Of a DNA stretch of 28,846 nucleotides, positions 26,182-28,846 are shown in pieces. Both the position numbers and the translations under genes were made by a program. The notes beneath the pieces were generated by a model, which worked only from the letters and a program-made list of their open reading frames with translations, had not been told where the DNA came from and did not search any database. Each line of letters opens with the position of its first letter. Within the stretch, counting starts at the first letter, position 1. Origin of the DNA: Candidatus Tyrphobacter sp. (GTDB taxonomy: Bacteria > Patescibacteriota > Minisyncoccia > UBA6257 > Colwellbacteraceae); contig DATKRQ010000041.1 of the NCBI GenBank assembly GCA_035532135.1, forward strand, positions 1 to 28,846, given 5' to 3'.

Positions 26182-26610
26182 ATGGAAGAAACCGATAAAA
26201 AGGGATACGAAATATCATTTTTGCTTCGTCGGGAGGAAGACGTCGAGGCAATTTTAAAGCCGCTGGCCGAAGGCTTGGGAGAAGTTCTCTCCGAAGGCCA
26301 GCTTACAATGATTAAACTGGCTTATCCGGTTCAAAAAGAAACCTCGGCTTATTTCGGCTGGATTCATTTTTCAATGGCTCCGGAAAACGTCAAAAAGATG
26401 AGCGGGACCCTGAAGCTGGATGCTCGGGTTCTGCGTTATTTAATCATCACTCCGCCCATTTCCCGAGCGGAGCGTCGGCCGAGAATTCGGCCCTCGGAAT
26501 CGACGCCCGCGGCGGTTACCGAGCCGGTTTCAGAATCTCGACCGAAAGAGAAAGAAACAGAGATCTCGAATGAGGCTCTGGAAAAAAGACTGGAAGAAAT
26601 CTTGAAATAA
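26182..26610 (+). CDS. rpsF: 30S ribosomal protein S6
   Basis: YEISFLL...KLAYPVQKETSAYF..LKL..RVLRYLI, in the rpsF-ssb-rpsR order. Confidence 0.93.
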   Translation: MEETDKKGYEISFLLRREEDVEAILKPLAEGLGEVLSEGQLTMIKLAYPVQKETSAYFGWIHFSMAPENVKKMSGTLKLDARVLRYLIITPPISRAERRPRIRPSESTPAAVTEPVSESRPKEKETEISNEALEKRLEEILK

Positions 26611-26611
26611 A

Positions 26612-27067
26612 ATGAATCTGAACAAGGTTTTTATTTTAGGCAATCTGACCCGCGATCCGGAATTGCGCCAGACGCCCTCCGGTCAAGCGGTGGCCACCCT
26701 GGGAATCGCCACCAATTCTTTTTTTACCGACCGGTCCGGCAATCGCCAATCGAGAGCCGAATTTCACACGGTCGTTTTGTGGGGCAAGCAGGCCGAGTTG
26801 GCCAACCAGTTTCTGACTAAGGGCGGCATTGTCTTGGTTGAGGGACGGCTCCAGACAAGGAGTTGGGAAGGCAAAGACGGCCAGCCGAGGAAAGTGACGG
26901 AAATCGTGGGCGAGCGGGTGCAGTTCGGACCGCGGCCGTCGGGCGGCGGCCAGGGAAAAGCTCCTTCCGCCTCGCCGGAGCCCACGGAGAGCCGGAGTCC
27001 GGAAGAAGAAATGCCGGTCATTGACATCGAAAAAGAAGAAATCAATCCCGAAGATTTGCCGTTTTAA
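26612..27067 (+). CDS. ssb: Single-stranded DNA-binding protein
   Basis: NKVFILGNLTRDPELR, VEGRLQTRSW, acidic tail EDLPF. Confidence 0.98.
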   Translation: MNLNKVFILGNLTRDPELRQTPSGQAVATLGIATNSFFTDRSGNRQSRAEFHTVVLWGKQAELANQFLTKGGIVLVEGRLQTRSWEGKDGQPRKVTEIVGERVQFGPRPSGGGQGKAPSASPEPTESRSPEEEMPVIDIEKEEINPEDLPF

Positions 27068-27073
27068 ACATCA

Positions 27074-27286
27074 ATGAGAATCAAAAGCAAGCAGTGTTTT
27101 TTCTGTTCCCAGGGCTCGAGACAGATAGATTACAAGGAAACGGAGCTTTTACGCCGATTCGTTTCCAATCAGGCCAAAATCATCGATCCGATTCACACCA
27201 ATATTTGCGCCAAGCATCAGCGAATGCTTTCTCAGGCGATCAAACGGGCCCGGTTCATGAGCCTACTGCCTTATTTGAGAAAATAG
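27074..27286 (+). CDS. rpsR: 30S ribosomal protein S18 (Zn-ligand type)
   Basis: CFFC...IDYK...LLRRF...KI...ICAKHQR.L..AIKRARF..LLPY. Confidence 0.96.
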   Translation: MRIKSKQCFFCSQGSRQIDYKETELLRRFVSNQAKIIDPIHTNICAKHQRMLSQAIKRARFMSLLPYLRK

Positions 27287-27307
27287 CGCCTATTGTTTAG
27301 TTAGAGT

Positions 27308-27835
27308 ATGTCCTTCGATCTTTCCCTTTTCAACGCCTTTTACTCTTTAGCCTTAAACCTGCCCTATCTCGACTGGCTTTTCGTCTTTTTGGCCGATTAT
27401 CTTATTTTCGCGGCCGTTTTCATTCTCGCTTACGCGATTGTTTTGGAGAAAAACCGGAAGGAAAGGTTTTATCATTTTTTTCTCGGTCTACTTTCGGTTA
27501 TTTTTTCCTGGGGCGTCATCACCCAGACCATCGGTTTCTTTTATCATCGGGTGCGGCCATTCGCGGCTTTGAATATTCATTCCTTAATCAGTCACCCGCC
27601 GACCGCTTCTTTTCCCTCGGGCCATCTGGCTTTTTTCACTCCGCTTGTCGCGCTTGCCTTTTTAATCAATAAGAAACTGGGCGTTTGGTTCACGGTTTTT
27701 GCCGTTTTGATCGGCTTCGCCCGGATAGCGGTGGGCGTCCATTGGCCGACGGATATCCTGGGCGGAGCGGTCATTGGTCTCATCGGCTTCTATTTGGCTA
27801 AGGCGATTATCCCCAAGCCCGCTTTGGAAAAATAG
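27308..27835 (+). CDS. PAP2-family phosphatase (BcrC/undecaprenyl-pyrophosphate phosphatase-like)
   Basis: RVRPF, SFPSGH, ARIAVGVHWPTDILGG. Confidence 0.92.
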   Translation: MSFDLSLFNAFYSLALNLPYLDWLFVFLADYLIFAAVFILAYAIVLEKNRKERFYHFFLGLLSVIFSWGVITQTIGFFYHRVRPFAALNIHSLISHPPTASFPSGHLAFFTPLVALAFLINKKLGVWFTVFAVLIGFARIAVGVHWPTDILGGAVIGLIGFYLAKAIIPKPALEK

Positions 27836-27866
27836 GAAATTATTGGTATCGAGATCCTCGGTGCGA

Positions 27867-27895
27867 TTGACGATTTAGTCTATTAGTGGTAGGGT
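27867..27895 (+). promoter_or_regulatory. Sigma70-type promoter upstream of the SLH-motif gene
   Basis: TTGACG-17 nt-TAGGGT with TGn. Confidence 0.5.
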
Positions 27896-27972
27896 CTTTC
27901 CGTGTTCTTTCCGAGGTAAGCGGGCTTCTAAGCTCGTTTGCCCAATATAGATTCGATGGAGGTGCGAGAGAA

Positions 27973-28390
27973 ATGACGCGTCCGCGATGGATTCTGCCCA
28001 TGATTCTGGTTGTCGTGGTGGGGGTCGTGCTGGCTTTGATCAGCCAGCCGCTCCCCGACGTTCATGCCGGAGCGTGGTACGCCGGGCTCGTGGGCATAGC
28101 CCATTGGCTCCGGCTGATGGTGGGCTACCCGGACGGGAAGTTCCGTCCGGACGCCTTCGCCACCCGCGCCGAGGTAGCGGTCATTGTTATCCGGACGATG
28201 GCCGAGGTGCTTCTGCTCGTGTTCGTACTCGCTTGGATCGCCTGGGCGATCTGGCGAGATTGTCTCGATGCTCGTGTGCCTCGGGAACCAGCGGCTGGTC
28301 GCGGCGGTGATGACGGCGGTAACGACGCTCGTCATTGCCGTCGGCGTCGTTGTGTCGACGAAGCTTGCTCATGCCCCGGGCCCGGGGTGA
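27973..28390 (+). pseudogene. Small membrane protein with an SLH-like motif, apparently frameshifted near 28250
   Basis: GGAGGTG SD then ATG 27973. VGYPDGKFRPDAFATRAEVA is SLH-like. High GC3 coding signal moves from frame A to the frame ending TGA 28390 at ...atc-t-ggc gag att gtc. Confidence 0.6.
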
Positions 28391-28506
28391 TTTATCTCAC
28401 TGCCGGTGGAGCGGAGCAGATTCGGATGGCCCAGCGGCGGGCACTGGCCAACGAGGGCTTCCCACCCCGTCGTTGCCGACGCTAACACTACCCCCGTCGG
28501 CCAAAC

Positions 28507-28540
28507 CCCCAGCGCAAGGATGCGCTGGGGCTTCTTTTTT
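28507..28540 (+). terminator. Intrinsic terminator
   Basis: ccccagcgca-agga-tgcgctgggg followed by cttctttttt. Confidence 0.85.
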
Positions 28541-28582
28541 TAATCGATGCAAACTATTTAAGGACCATATTAGTTAATGAAT

Positions 28583-28607
28583 AAAAAGGAGCCCCGTTAA
28601 GGGCCCC
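28583..28607 (-). terminator. Intrinsic terminator (minus strand)
   Basis: Minus strand ggggccc-ttaac-ggggctcc-ttttt. The stop codon of the small ORF lies in the loop. Confidence 0.6.
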
Positions 28608-28737
28608 GTTTCCGCGATTCTTGCGGTCGCTCCAGAACATCTTCCGAAAGGAACCGAACCGCCAGCGGCCGGTTGATTCCACCTTTTGCCGGTAGCGGCC
28701 AAATCAGGACGATTAGGGCGAGTAAGATAATTCGCAC
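28597..28737 (-). CDS. Short hypothetical protein with a signal-peptide-like N-terminus (46 aa)
   Basis: GGAGG 6 nt before GTG, sequence MRIILLALIVLIWPLPAKG..., followed by a terminator. Confidence 0.4.
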   Translation of the reverse strand: MRIILLALIVLIWPLPAKGGINRPLAVRFLSEDVLERPQESRKRGP

Positions 28738-28738
28738 C

Positions 28739-28846
28739 TTAATCCTCCCTTCCTCCGAATCGCTCTCGCCTTGATCTGGTTTCGTGCCGGAGCAGGACGA
28801 GCGAAGTATAGAGGGCGACTGCGATTGGGGCCGAAGCAAGAATGAT
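28739..28846 (-). CDS. C-terminal fragment of a membrane protein (starts outside the window)
   Basis: Open frame IILASAPIAVALYTSLVLLRHETRSRRERFGGRED* (hydrophobic helix then charged tail). Confidence 0.4.
   Translation of the reverse strand: MILASAPIAVALYTSLVLLRHETRSRRERFGGRED

Noticed and set aside
28255-28485. C-terminal half of ORF 27886-28485 as given in the track
   Set aside because: After about 28250 the composition becomes Arg/Gly/Cys-rich and GC3 bias moves to another frame, so it is treated as out of frame.

Overview
This looks like a core chromosomal window of a Patescibacteria/CPR (Parcubacteria-like) bacterium. The taxonomy is inferred from the compact rpoB, the unlinked intron-bearing 23S and the near-absence of Shine-Dalgarno motifs. 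Housekeeping content: recG, cca, rodA, mltG, rpoB-rpoC, rpsF-ssb-rpsR, a 23S-5S unit with its own promoter and no adjacent 16S, and five intact tRNAs. Three things stand out. (1) An intact tRNA-Arg(TCG) is nested inside the anticodon loop of a second tRNA-Arg, between two 17-nt GC-rich complementary arms. (2) A 321-bp cassette carrying a small GIY-YIG nuclease is bounded by 36-bp direct repeats of the tRNA-Ser 5' half, broken at apparently the same anticodon position (35/36) and followed by GC-rich hairpins. Together these suggest a tRNA-anticodon-targeting mobile system, which is inference. (3) The 23S carries two related group IA-like introns 63 nt apart: an empty one at L2593 and one with a LAGLIDADG endonuclease inside the sarcin-ricin loop (L2656). 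All coordinates were counted by hand; no searches or folding programs were run.
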